Shown here one piece after another: positions 49,915-62,500 of a stretch of DNA of 64,000 nt; within the stretch, counting starts at the first letter, position 1; each line of letters opens with the position of its first letter. The notes beneath the pieces were generated by a model. The model was not told the origin of the DNA and made no database searches. It saw nothing but the letters and a program-made list of their open reading frames with translations. The stretch is from the NCBI GenBank assembly GCA_002633005.1, contig NMRA01000577.1:1-64000 (forward strand), in the 5' to 3' direction. A program made the translations under genes and the position numbers. This DNA is from Phoronis australis. Its lineage: Eukaryota > Animalia > Phoronida.

Positions 49915-52346
49915 ATGGCACTTCTGTTGTTGGGGATGATCAGATTAGCTATTTGGTCACAATATGGATTGGAAATGCACACATAGTCACACTCAGTCTG
50001 GCTGTTCAGACATCCAGGGTTCAGGGCCCCACACCACCGACTCATTTCCTATTTGTGATGCCAAAAATCAATATTTAGGCCAGTAGATGTGAACGAGTCT
50101 TTCACGAATCAATGGCGAGTGGTCACGACACCTGTCGGAACGTGGAGATTTTGCATCACCCCCACGTGACTTCGTGAAGTTCTAAATTTTGTAACACGAT
50201 TGGCACATCCCAAGTGTCTTACATCAGTGCCAGCTGCTTCATGATCAAGCAGTGTGTAGTGGCAGACAATGGTTTCTCCTCACCCCTCGCCATTGTTTCC
50301 TGATTAACTGCCATTCATTCCTTCGTGTTGACGAAGAACTCAGCTTCTTAGTTATAGATGGCTGCTTTGCGTCAATCCCAGAGTGCACTAACCGAATATA
50401 TTGTTTCATAAATTGATTGAATTCATATAATGTTATGTACGACTATGATAAAAGGAACTTACGAGTTACTTTTCTTTTTTCTCAACCTTTATTAGTGCTT
50501 AAAATTAGGTTCTGATCCATTACCTTCTGTATAAAATGGGACAGCTATTCTTTAAAGCCTATCTTGAACAGTAACACCTGTAAATTTGGTTCTTACAGTT
50601 TGTTAAGGGCGTCGCTCTGAGCCCACTAGTGCCATTAATTGTCAAATGTAACTAACCGTTGGCTTGCTTTTGTCTACGTCACGGTGACCGCGAGAATCAC
50701 CTTTTAATTCAAACAGCTGCGAATAACACCCGCACACAATGGTGTTCTATTCAGACTCCTACTCAATACACCTGTTATCAACCTTTTGTTGGTTGTGCTG
50801 GAATCTCACAGTGGCGCAGTGTGGCATGAAAAGCCAGGTTCACCTATCATTTGACAGACTTTCATTTGCGTTATTGAACTCGCGTTTTCTTATTTTGCTA
50901 AGGCTTTGCTAGGACCATCTGGTTAGCCAACACATCTAAAATAACAAAATTCCGTTGAAGTTAGGCTTTAAAACATGCAAATTGTCCTAGTCTATTTTGG
51001 CAATGTTATTGAGTTGCGCCCAGCCCTGCTCTCCAGCTATGTGTTGCTAATAACTCGTAATGAAATCTTCCTGAAGTTGACGATAATACTGTAGTATTAT
51101 AATACTTGTTAATGATTGAATGTTGAAGCAAAATTATTTTAAAACTTGAAAATGTCAGTATGAGGAGGTAATAGTGCAATATCGATAACATATATAAGAA
51201 AAATAAATGTTTAGTTAAGGTTCATGTGCAATACCTGCAGAGCTGTTATTTGTCGTAGACCTCGAGTACACGTCAAATTTGACCCTATCACCATTTCCGT
51301 TTGATGTATTTGTGTCCCTGTGAAATATTGGCAGATTATACATTATGTTTCAAATGACCAAAGTTTCTATTTTGTTTTTTAGATATTTTGTAATGTTTAC
51401 TGGTCAAGAATAGTTCGCAAACTAGTCATTTCTAGCTTTTCAAAAAAAATGATGTAAGAATTTTATCAAAGTGCATCTTTAGAAGGCTGCTTTATTTTTG
51501 TTAATTGCAGTGCTAGATTCTTTCTTGCAAAAATCTTTATTTTTTCAAAAAAAACTTGCACAGAAATATACCAAGTGGTATCACTGTTGTCCAGAGACAT
51601 AAGATTACTCTTCGCACAACCTTTGGTCACACTGTGGGCCTGAAGGGGGCAAGTAGTGGCATAGTGGCTTAGAATTTTACGGACCGTTGTAGATCAAGAT
51701 TTCAATCACACACAGTAGTCTTTGAAATTGTCATGTAAGGTCAGTGAAAGCTGTTCTTAGTCAACCCTGCTCTTGGTCACACAACTGTCCCAGTTGGACT
51801 GTGTAAGTAAACACAACAGAGTGTTAATGGTCCTGGCTGAGGTGATGATTGTTTTATTACCCCCTGTGGATCGGTGAATAGTCAAACCCAGAATTTGTAA
51901 TCTGGACATTTGGGTACAGTGAGTGCATCATCTGCGTTCTTTTGTCTCCTCAGGAGTCCTTATTCTACGTCATGCATTTTTCTCTGGATCTGAAAATCAT
52001 GGCTTGTAACCAAAGATATAATAATCAAAATAACTAAGAACATTTATGTTTACAAAGTAGAGATACCAGAATGACACGCTATGATCGTTTCATATTTATT
52101 ATTCTAATTTTTTACTTATTTAGTTTGCATAAGGTTAGACTGTTGAAGAAATGCCCCCCTACTTCAGTATTTGGTGTATTTTGAAAGGCTGGAGTTGTTT
52201 ACCCCTCATCTTGCCCATGACGTGTGCATAAAGTGGACTTGTGCTTCTGGAGAATGAAAATGTGAATGGAACTACGAGTTGATGTTGTGACATGTGACAT
52301 TTCATGAATATACTTATACATGGCATGAAATTTATGTCTGGTGAAC

Positions 52347-52352
52347 AATAAA
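52347..52352 (+). promoter_or_regulatory. Candidate polyadenylation signal of the IA-2 gene (about 2.4-kb 3' UTR)
   Basis: AATAAA followed by a GT-rich stretch; other AATAAA hexamers lie nearby, so the site used is uncertain. Confidence 0.35.
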
Positions 52353-54830
52353 CTAAGTGGCTGCAATTGAACTGTGCGCTTTGTTCATAATTGGTGTAAT
52401 GTACGAGTCAAGGTGTACTACACATTTTCTGATCGTTGACGAAAGTTGGAACCGAGACTGGCACGCTCTGTCAACCAACAAATGGTATGACTTTTTGGCG
52501 TAGTCATATCAGAACATCTGTCTACAGATTTGAGTTAGTCGTATACGGCAGTCGTGAATGACTGGAACGTGTGGACAGGGTTTCGCATTAATCAGTGCTA
52601 GACATGGTAAGTCCCGACACTTGTTTAGCAATAATTGTTACTAGACTTGCCTTAGTCTTGGCACTTGGCCCAATAAAAAACACAAACTGGCAACAAGGGC
52701 TGACCAGTCATCTTTAGTGTGTTAACACTAATTTGACAGGCATCCATTTCAGTGAGCACAAACGTACAATGGAACACATTCCTCATCAAGACTGGTGTAT
52801 TCTATAGCGTTTAAAATATCACTTTCATCACAACAGTACAAATATATCTCTCTATATACAGTTTTAAATGAAATCATTTCATTATATTGACTTTTCCATA
52901 TTCAATTGTTAAATTGTCTAGAAACGTTTAGTGACTACTCAGTCATCCAGATGCAACCCATACTGTACGCAGTATGGGGCAAGTAATTCAGGGCCACTAC
53001 AGTCTCCACTGGTTTAAACAGGATTTCAATTCTTCATTTCCTTACATATGGACCGTGTTTACGAAAGACGTGGGCCTAAAACTTAAGTCTTGTCAAGCGA
53101 AACAATTTTCCTTGAGCTCCGCTCAAAAGCAAAAAAATAGCATTTTAGATAAAAATCCAGAAGATCGATAATGGCAACAGATTTCTGGATAATGACAACA
53201 GGTCAAAAACGAGTAATTTGGTTGCAAGAGGCCCCAGGACTGCCTTGCTGTAAGATGGTTACTTAATTCAAGCCACATGCACCATAGCGAATTTGGAATT
53301 TTAGGAATGGCTAATCCCAATACATTCTGAAATGTTTTCTTGTGTCACAAATCGTTTTCATGTTCCTGGTGGTAATACAAATCAAAATTCTATCACACCA
53401 AAGAACCAGACCAATTTTATGAAAGTAAAAGGCCTAATTCCATTTACGTCTTTTAGCCACCTTAACAGAGTAAAGTATAGCTTAAGAACACAAAACAAAG
53501 ACATCGTTTCTAAAACCTGAATTCAGAGCATTTTGAAGTACTTTATGTGAACACCACACTTGAGTATTGGGTATCTGATGGGCATTAACCAAGGAGTCAC
53601 GGTGAACAACTAAAAATGCCAACTTGGCCATGAGCCAAGGTTTACATAAAACAGAAATCTTAAAAGAACCAGTGGCAATACTTCACGCCAGTGTGACGAC
53701 CCCCTAGTGCCACTCGTTGGTGAGTGAATTGATTCCAACTTGCCAGTGAGTAACATTATTAAATATCTAGGTGTTTTCACTAGTTTGCACAAAAGTTGAA
53801 TTTTTCCTCGTTTTTCTAACGTACGTAGTCACAATCTTCCCCAGAGACCAACGCCTCATGAAAGTCCACAATTCCCCTGTTGATGAGCTCAGCTGCTGTG
53901 ATCACATTGACTATTTACACCATCACGTACAAGAGCACTTCCACACAACCACGTAATGTCTAAAAGATTTTACTGGTCACGACTGATTGTAAAAATAAGT
54001 TCTTATACTAAATGTAGGGGTACTGCAATATAGATTCGCAAATGGACATTTCATTCTAATTCAAAAATAAGTTTTCCTTACAAGTAGCCTATATAAACAG
54101 CATGAGAGATATGGTGAATGTGGGCCAGATTAAAGTGACTACTCTATTTCTCTAATAACATACTACAAAATAAACAATTTCAATTAGAAAATTGTAAACA
54201 ATCCTATAAACAAACTTTTTTTCTTAAACTAATAGAATAGTTACTATTTTGGCAGCTACAGGGGAGAACATTCTGACTAGAAATATACAAAATACTTCTC
54301 AAAAAAAATGTTGCTCTGCTTCAAAATCAGTGAAACTATGGGGCAAAGTTTTCCAGAATAATACAATGATTTGTTGCTGACAACAGTCCAACATCCATTC
54401 AACACTCATCAACCACTCTCTCCAATTGCTGCCATATGTTTAACTAAGCCAGAAGATGTTGACATGATGCTGTCAAAATACAATCAAGCCAACGAAATTT
54501 CATTTCGAAAATTCCTATAAAATCCACCATCCTGAGCTACACAACACAAGGTGAGTTCGCCACTTGCTGAGAAGTTGAAATTGACTTAAACTATATGATA
54601 AATCGCCAACATAGCTTATTTAACTTGAAAGTCTGGCATATTGTAATAAAAAAATATAAATGAACACATTGAAAATACTGCAGTTTAAAGTTCATGGTAA
54701 AGGGGATGGCTGGTGAAGACCAGGCACTAGATAGTTTCGTCTACAGATTTTCATCCATTAAACCCAGAGCAGACACCAACTAGAAAACAGTGCGTATGAA
54801 TATGTCAATCTTAATATGGCATGGGAGATG

Positions 54831-55017
54831 TGTTGCAAACATTCTAAGTCCCGTCAGCACACCACCTGTTGGCCACATCACGTGATCTGCACGGTCAGCA
54901 GAAGGTCCTCGGTTCAAGTCCCGGTCGGGGGCAGAAATCTTTTCAGACTTATTTTCATTAGGTCTTTTAATGTGGCCAACAGATGGTGTGCTGACGGGAC
55001 TTAGAATGTTAACAACA
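54831..55017. mobile_element. Inverted-repeat element with ~48-bp arms enclosing a tRNA-like 3' half with B-box
   Basis: aacattctaagtcccgtcagcacaccacctgttggccacat pairs with atgtggccaacagatggtgtgctgacgggacttagaatgtt (one mismatch); the loop contains gcagaaggtcctcGGTTCAAGTCCcgg. Confidence 0.75.
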
Positions 55018-55365
55018 TTCTTCAGTGTGTTCAGGTAAAACTAAAGTAAAGCAACAGGCCATCTGCCAGTTGGAGCACCCAAGAATGGATCTTCACTACA
55101 AATGATAGACTCCGTGTCAAATGAAAAATTGACATAGTCTACGACATAACATGATTACGACTTCAATAAGATTCGACCAAATGTAGAGCACACTGAAATG
55201 ACAATCAAGGGATTTAACAACATACCAACTGCAATCATTGAAAAAATTAAGATTAGAAGCTAACATGATGATATTGTCATTATATGACAATTTCCACTAC
55301 AACAGCATGACAATTAAAATAAGCAGTATCGGAACATATTCTTGTAGGGGAAGTAAGCCTTGCGG

Positions 55366-55371
55366 TTTATT
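55366..55371 (-). promoter_or_regulatory. Candidate proximal polyadenylation signal of the PTPN4-like gene
   Basis: tttatt on the + strand is AATAAA on the - strand, about 1.15 kb past the stop codon. Confidence 0.3.
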
Positions 55372-56525
55372 TCTATTGCCAAGAGCACGGATTACGCAGT
55401 CTCAAGTGTTATACATTGACAGAGATTAGACATTGTGAGCATGTTTATAAAAATATAAAAGATAGATATATAATACAAACATTCTCTGTACAATATTGGC
55501 TGACACGCCCACTCAAAATAAATAGCAGTTAACAATATGTACACACAAAACTGTAGACATCTTCCCTATGTGACACAAACAATTTTGTTCAATTCTCACA
55601 AACAATATTTACACAGGCAAAAATATGCCTGTTTACACAGGCAAAAAATATGCCAGTCATTCACCATCCTATAACTCTGCAGTCACAAGCCAATTAATCA
55701 ACGTCTAACTCTGTTACAAGTGTAAAGCCAACTGCCACGTTCGTTGCCATGGAAATGAAAAGGAATACATTCAACTCATTTAGAGATCTGAAGTTTCTGG
55801 TCTGCAGGTCTAAAGTAGGCGACTCATAAATGCCCCAATTTGTACACCGAGTAAATAATGCAAATTAGCTGAACACATTCAATGGAAATGAATTTTAACA
55901 CAGCACAAAAAGATGAAAGACGCACGAAAACAAATACATGATTATTAACTACAGCAACGATGGCCACAATTCCTTCACTTTGACGCTGACAGACCAGACA
56001 ACAATTAAAACCACGTTTTGTAGTAACAAAGCTAATACTGGCAATTAGACAAAAATAGCAGCGTTTGTGTGTGGAATAAGTCAAAGGATTGTACAATGAA
56101 TACAAACTAATGCTTTAGCACAAATGAACCACTTCCGAAATAGAAGCAAAGTCAAATAAATGCCTTTAGTTAATTAACTCAATGCAAACTAGTTCCAATG
56201 TTTTATGACAAGATGGACATTGTTGCTTGACCTTAGCTTATTTAAATGAACTTCAAACAGACGCATTATAGACCCTCCTCTATTGCAATACACTGGTTAT
56301 CAATGCTCATTCGCTCATCAATTCATATTAGTCGTTGACACAACTGTATGGATCATACAGAGGCACTCCCTCCAACACAAGCTGTGGCCCTGTCACATGT
56401 ATAGGCTTTCTGGGAAGCATGGCCCTGTAATCTGTATACACCATACATTTCCAGTGAGGCACAGACACACTGGTTACAGTTGCCAGTGGAATCTTCTCTA
56501 CGCTCTCGAGTTCCCCAGCCAATCA

Positions 56526-56563
56526 TTATCTGTGGTAGTCCTCTAATGGTTTCACAATTCCTT
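56526..56563 (-). CDS. PTPN4: PTPN4-like terminal coding exon [12 protein letters not shown]
   Basis: ccttgtag acceptor, phase 1, TAA immediately followed by TGA; resembles the EG.VKPL end of PTPN4. Confidence 0.85.
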
Positions 56564-59500
56564 CTACAAGGAAATAAATGCACCACTGACAATATCTTGC
56601 TCTAATGCGCAATAACAATGAATGACCTTTAGATATATTCAATCCATTACTGAGATATAAATATCAAAACCACTACATCTCCAACCGCAGATTCTGCGTG
56701 TTAACAGTCTCCGCTCAGAGAGCTTTTTCATACCAACTTTACATCGGAACAATAAGAGCGTCCGCGTGAACTGCGAAGTTAGTAAAACATATCAGACCGC
56801 TTTCGGTCGATAGTTTTGGCAAATTTTGAAACATAATATCTCAGAAATCATTGAATTCTGATTCATAGGAAACATTCAGATGTTACACTTTGAGCACTGT
56901 TTTCCAAAAGGGAGTATCAGCATATTTGGGATCTCATCTAGAACTTTTATAACAAATAAAATTTGATCGTGTAATTGATGGTGTTTTTTTTGTATCAATG
57001 TACCTTTATTTTGTGGCTAAATTTTGCTTTTAGTAAAGACATTGCCACATGACCTAGTTAATGTGACCTAGTTAATGTGACCTAGTTAATGTGACCTAGT
57101 TAATGTGACCTAATCAATGTCAGATTGAGGGCCCTCTTGGAAAGCAGTGCTATCACTGAAGAGGCCACCCTCATTTTAAATATCACAATAAAAAAAAAAA
57201 AAAGATTGGTAAAAGATAAAAATCAAATTCTACACGCTTTTATCTTCCAGAAAAAGATTCTTTCACTGAATTAAAATTCCGAAGTTTTGTAGATAATTAG
57301 CTAAATAATATTCAAACTTGTCTATCCCTTAAGTGCAAGTAGAATTCCTCTTTTCAGGCAAATTTCCTCCCGGACAGGGGAGGGGTGCCCCTTCTTGTCG
57401 CTCCAAAATCATACTTCCCACACCTAAGACTCCCTCTTTTGAATTCCTAGACGTGTCCCTGCTTTTAAGGGACCAACTTCCAGAACCACACAGCAACACA
57501 CATGAATGGTATACAAGTAACAGGACTGCTTACCATTGTAAACTCTTAAGATTGCCTCACACACAAACTTGTATTGGCTCTGTAAATAGAGACAAGAACT
57601 CATTCAGTACCCATCTTTGATAGATGTAATGTAACAATAACTGAGAACGGATTCGTGTTTAATGGCAATCAAGATTGTCGCATCTCAAAATTTTCAAAAA
57701 GTCAACTGTCACAGCATTTTGGGTGCTTTTTCGGGTATAAGTCACATCCACTTCGCTTTTGTCACAAATACAAAACACATTAATAGCCATGACTAATATC
57801 ATCAGCTGTGGTAAGCATCAATAACAGATTTCATCACTTCCAAAAAATTCAAAAATCATCTCAAAAATTTTCGACAATAGATTTTCGCTTAAGTCTTCAT
57901 CAATACTTGTTACGAATCACTGTAGACGAGGGAGCTTACAGGAGCAACTCATTGCACAACAACCTGTCTACACCGATGCACAACGCACAGTGGCTATTTT
58001 TTATCATTCAAGCGCCTTCACGATGAAACTATATAAAGTGAATTGAATGAAGACTTACTGCAGTCTGAATTAACATGGCCCGTTGGTCTCTCATCTGTCG
58101 CACTATATCCAGCGGATATACTGGTTGGTTGGCTTCAATTAAACACATGGCTGTCTCCATGGTGATGAGCACCCCCGTCCTGCCAATACCAGCGCTGAAA
58201 CACAACCAACAGAGGTCACAAAACACAAGACCATCATTACAGCCCTGTTCAGTCTAGTCCAGATCACAAAGGGTACGTGACTTCGCAATGAACCACAGTC
58301 GGTTCCATCGTTACGTTCCTGTACTATCCAAACCCAGATCACACAGTGTACAAAGTGAATACCTTACCTGCAATGAACCACAGTCGGTTCCACCATCCCC
58401 ACCCTGTTCTGTCTAACCCTTATCACAAAGTCCAAGAAGTCACTGGAGTCATCAGGCACGCCATGGTCTGGCCAAGCAATATACTGCATCTGTAGAATAT
58501 GCTTTTCCTCGTTCGTCTGCAACAGTCAACACTTTTGTTATAAATTACTTGCGCACATTAGGGACTTCCGACAGCAAATTGCTGCTTTGGGATTCATTTT
58601 AGAATCATTTTAGCTGTAGGAACTAAAGAACAGGCAGAACGCGTGCAAAAAGAAATTTTGAAAAAACCTTTCATGATTTATTAAATAGAGACACATTTTT
58701 CCCAGGAAACTTGCAATGTTAATTTATAGGGTGTCCCAAAAGACAAACAATAAAATCTTTAATTAATCCCAAATTAACCCATTTATTATTTCAAAATTTG
58801 ATGGATATAAACTTCAGTCAATGACTGGTTTTTCTACAGAGTTTAACCATACCAGTAGGTTTGCCTTGATTTCTTGTACTTGAGAAAAGAACAAGAATTT
58901 GTCACATAGTGATTACAATGTTACTGGCAGCCTTCATACATGCACATTTTTAAGGCTACCACCTCATGAGGTTAGGTTTTTAGTGTAACAATAAGCCAAA
59001 TGAATATCTTAATAACAATTTTTGAAACATATCTCAAAATGATCGTTCAACTTAATCATCAAAATTTTGAAAGGGAAAGCCCCCTACCTCCATGTTAACC
59101 AGAGTGAACTCTCTGAAGGCAAACGAGTCTGTGTCTTGTTCCTTCAGACAGGTGAGTTGTAGAGTTCCCAGGTCTTCAGTCTCATACAGGTTGGGCCAGT
59201 ATTGATGACACTTCACCTAACAAGTACAACAAACAACATTGACAAAGTACGTTATGGGGACCGTCTCAAAGAAAATACAACTGTAACTGAAAGTCGTAAC
59301 TGCTTCAGCCAGACACATAACATGAAGGGCAGTTTCACAGAAAATGTCATTGTTTTTGAAGCAATTCCCACTGAAAGTCAGAACTGCTACTGTCAGATGC
59401 AAAAGCACACGGAGGCGTGGGACAACTAATGATGCTAAGCTAGACAGCCAATGAGGACGACCCATCTCTTGCACAGTGAACCACAATTCAGAACACGTCT

Positions 59501-62500
59501 GTCACTGTCAGACTGTGTTTCCATGATTCCAAAACTTGGAGGTTTAACTTTCTATCAGGAGGTGATCTCCTACTTTCAAGAATGTTAGACAAGTAACTCG
59601 GTACAAACGAGTAATTAGGACTCAGTTGGCAGATAAAGTTCACACACACACACACACACAATAAGCCTGTCATAGTGTCACCCTGAGTGGGTGAGTGGGT
59701 GGGTGGGACGGGGGAGGGAGGGAGGGAAATCCTTAATTTTTGTTACTAGTCTGTTCAGTGATACAATTTACTGTTATTTTTTATGAGCAACTACTTCAGA
59801 CTCGAAAACCTGGAGAGATGATGACCAGATTAATCAGTACATAGGAGATACCTATTCATTCACTTGACTTCTATATGTTCACTCACCCGTCCTTTCTCCA
59901 CCTTGGACGTCAGCATCACTACTAGTGACGACTGCTGTTCCCACACCATCTGCCAAAAGTCGGCCGACGTGTTAGGTAGTGCCCCCTGGGCAGCGATGTA
60001 ACGATTTACAATGCCGCTTCCAGGAATCTCCATCTGTAACGAAGAACGTCTAGTGAAACACCCAAGGCTAGCAAGAGTAGAACTATGGTGTTTTGTGAAT
60101 GAAATCGAAGAGTGAATGCAGGCCGTGACAAAACAATACAAAACTGTCAACTTTTTGAGACGTGTGTTAATACTTGTTATTGCAGACTGCTATGTCATGT
60201 TCTTCTGACTTGTGCGTACGAATTGTTAGTACTTGTTATTGCACACTGCTATGTCATGTTCTTCTGACTTGTGCGTACGAATTGTTAGTACTTGTTATTG
60301 CAGACTGCTATGTCATGTTATTCTGACTTATGCGTACGAATACGCTTGTTCCCCGCCTTATAAGTAGACTTGTTACTGCGTAGTTCTAGTGCCAGATGTC
60401 ACTCTCTCTAACTATATATTCTCGTGCCGCCTTTTTTTAATGTCATTCCACAAAATTAACATTTATGGTGGAGAAATGTCTACTGTACATAGTTATTTCA
60501 ATGGGTTTTGGTTGGACTTGGGACGATATCGGCGTAAATACTCGTGTTTCTTGATATAAAGTAGTTTATTTGCATTTGTTAGTTTTCCCATGTTCTCACA
60601 GTGTATTAACGTTTTGAACGCTTGCTACTGTATGCCCTTTGCCCTTTGCATTATGTAACATGTAAATTTGAACATAGTTTCTTTTTGTTACATTTGAGTT
60701 TACCTACTACTGTCATAAAAGAGTAAACCCCCCCAAGTCTGTTTTGTTTTGCTCCAACAGTACTATTCCAGATATAGAAATTACCTTGTGACTACTTGAT
60801 AAGACAGAACACCCTACAAACTTTAACTTTCAAACACCATGACCAATTATCCCATAGCTGGCTGTATCTTTACTTAACACATTAGCTGTTACCTAAATAC
60901 TTACATTCACATAGTTTGCATTGATATAATCTCCATCACACCCATTGCGTAACAACACCCTTGTTAAGTCATCTACAAGAATAACGACATGACAAAATAC
61001 TCAGTGAAAGTAAACAAGGAAGTTCACTACTTAATAATCAGATTGTACTGCAAAGTCCAGAATTCTTCTGTAGACTACAGCAAACAGTCTTCGATTTTTC
61101 AGAAAAGGTGCAATTTTCACAATTTTGGATTTACATTATGTGTACAATTACCACACAATTTCAGACGCCATTAATTATTGCAGTATTCTCATTTGTTGCG
61201 AAATCTTAAGGAAAGAACATTTACTGCATATTTTAATGAGTGCTTTCATTGGGTTACCGCATGTTAATTTTTTTTTTACAAATTTAAAAGAATCTGCTAA
61301 CAATTAGAGTTTCTGGAAACACACCTTTTAACTTTAACACAGCTAAAATATTCAATTAGGCCACAACATAGGTGAACAGTACAATTAAATTTTGTTAGTA
61401 AAATTTCGCAACAAGATTATAATTTATGCCAAAGGTTGTTACTAAATAGCATTTGCATAAATTTGAGCATTCGGACAGTAGATAATGAAGTAAGAAACTG
61501 CAAGGGACGTACAAGGAGATATGTCTCTGTATCTATTCTTAGCTATATTTTCAGCTTGCCTCGCTGCCAACATCGACATCCCAGGCTTTTTTCGGTAAAG
61601 TTGCTGAAAGTATACATAAAGCAACACCAGTTAGAGTGAGAGAAGCAGAATTTTTGTCCATGCAAGTCAATGATCTATTGTTGGATGCACAGTTGTTGAT
61701 AAGCTAAGAACCAGGTAATAGACAGTAAATCTTGGGGTATAAACACCATTTTACACTTTTACACATAAATGCTATAGTTTCCAGTTTCAAACACATCTAG
61801 TTAGCAAATAATTGTTTGAGAAATTATACGCAAAAAAGGCAATCGATTTATACAAAAACATAAAAATGCTGACCATCTGCAGATAACTGTAACTCATCAA
61901 GTTGATCGTCGGTGAAGACAGGGTAATTATGTTGTCTAATTGGTCGTACCACTTTGGACAATGCTAACAACTGACCCAGGCACAAAATGACATTTTGATA
62001 AGGTCACAGGTTCTCGTGGTCTTGCCACTATGGTTAAATGTTGACCATTCACTCGGCCAGAATATGACACTGTAATACAGTCATCATTTACACTGGTCTA
62101 AATGAAGCAAAAGTCCACTTATAACAGATTCTCATCACTTCTGCATACATAATGCAAATAGTTATTAAAATTCAGACTTTATAGCTCACCTCAAACTGAG
62201 CAATGGCAGCCCCGGACTCAACGCCCTCTTGTAGTAGGAGCAGAGACTCGGCTAGCAAGTCCCCACCACAGAGGGAGCTAGATATATGGTGAGTATCTGG
62301 GATGTACTGGAAGTCTGGCTCCTCCGGGTTGACACTGTCTTCACCGATATAGACTAGAATAGACATGGAGTAAGAGTATAGATACGGTGAAATGTAAAGA
62401 GTGAGACTAGACATTCCGTGTCACTGTCAATGACAAAGTGAAAGAAAAAGATTTGGATGAGCACAGGTAAAAAGCAATGTTATCTAATATTTCCAAAATC

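Noticed and set aside
57424-57533. Read-through of the penultimate PTPN4-like donor giving a Cys-rich alternative tail ([17 protein letters not shown]..)
   Set aside because: A strong GTAAGC donor and a conserved downstream EGIVKPL exon explain the terminus; no evidence for intron retention.
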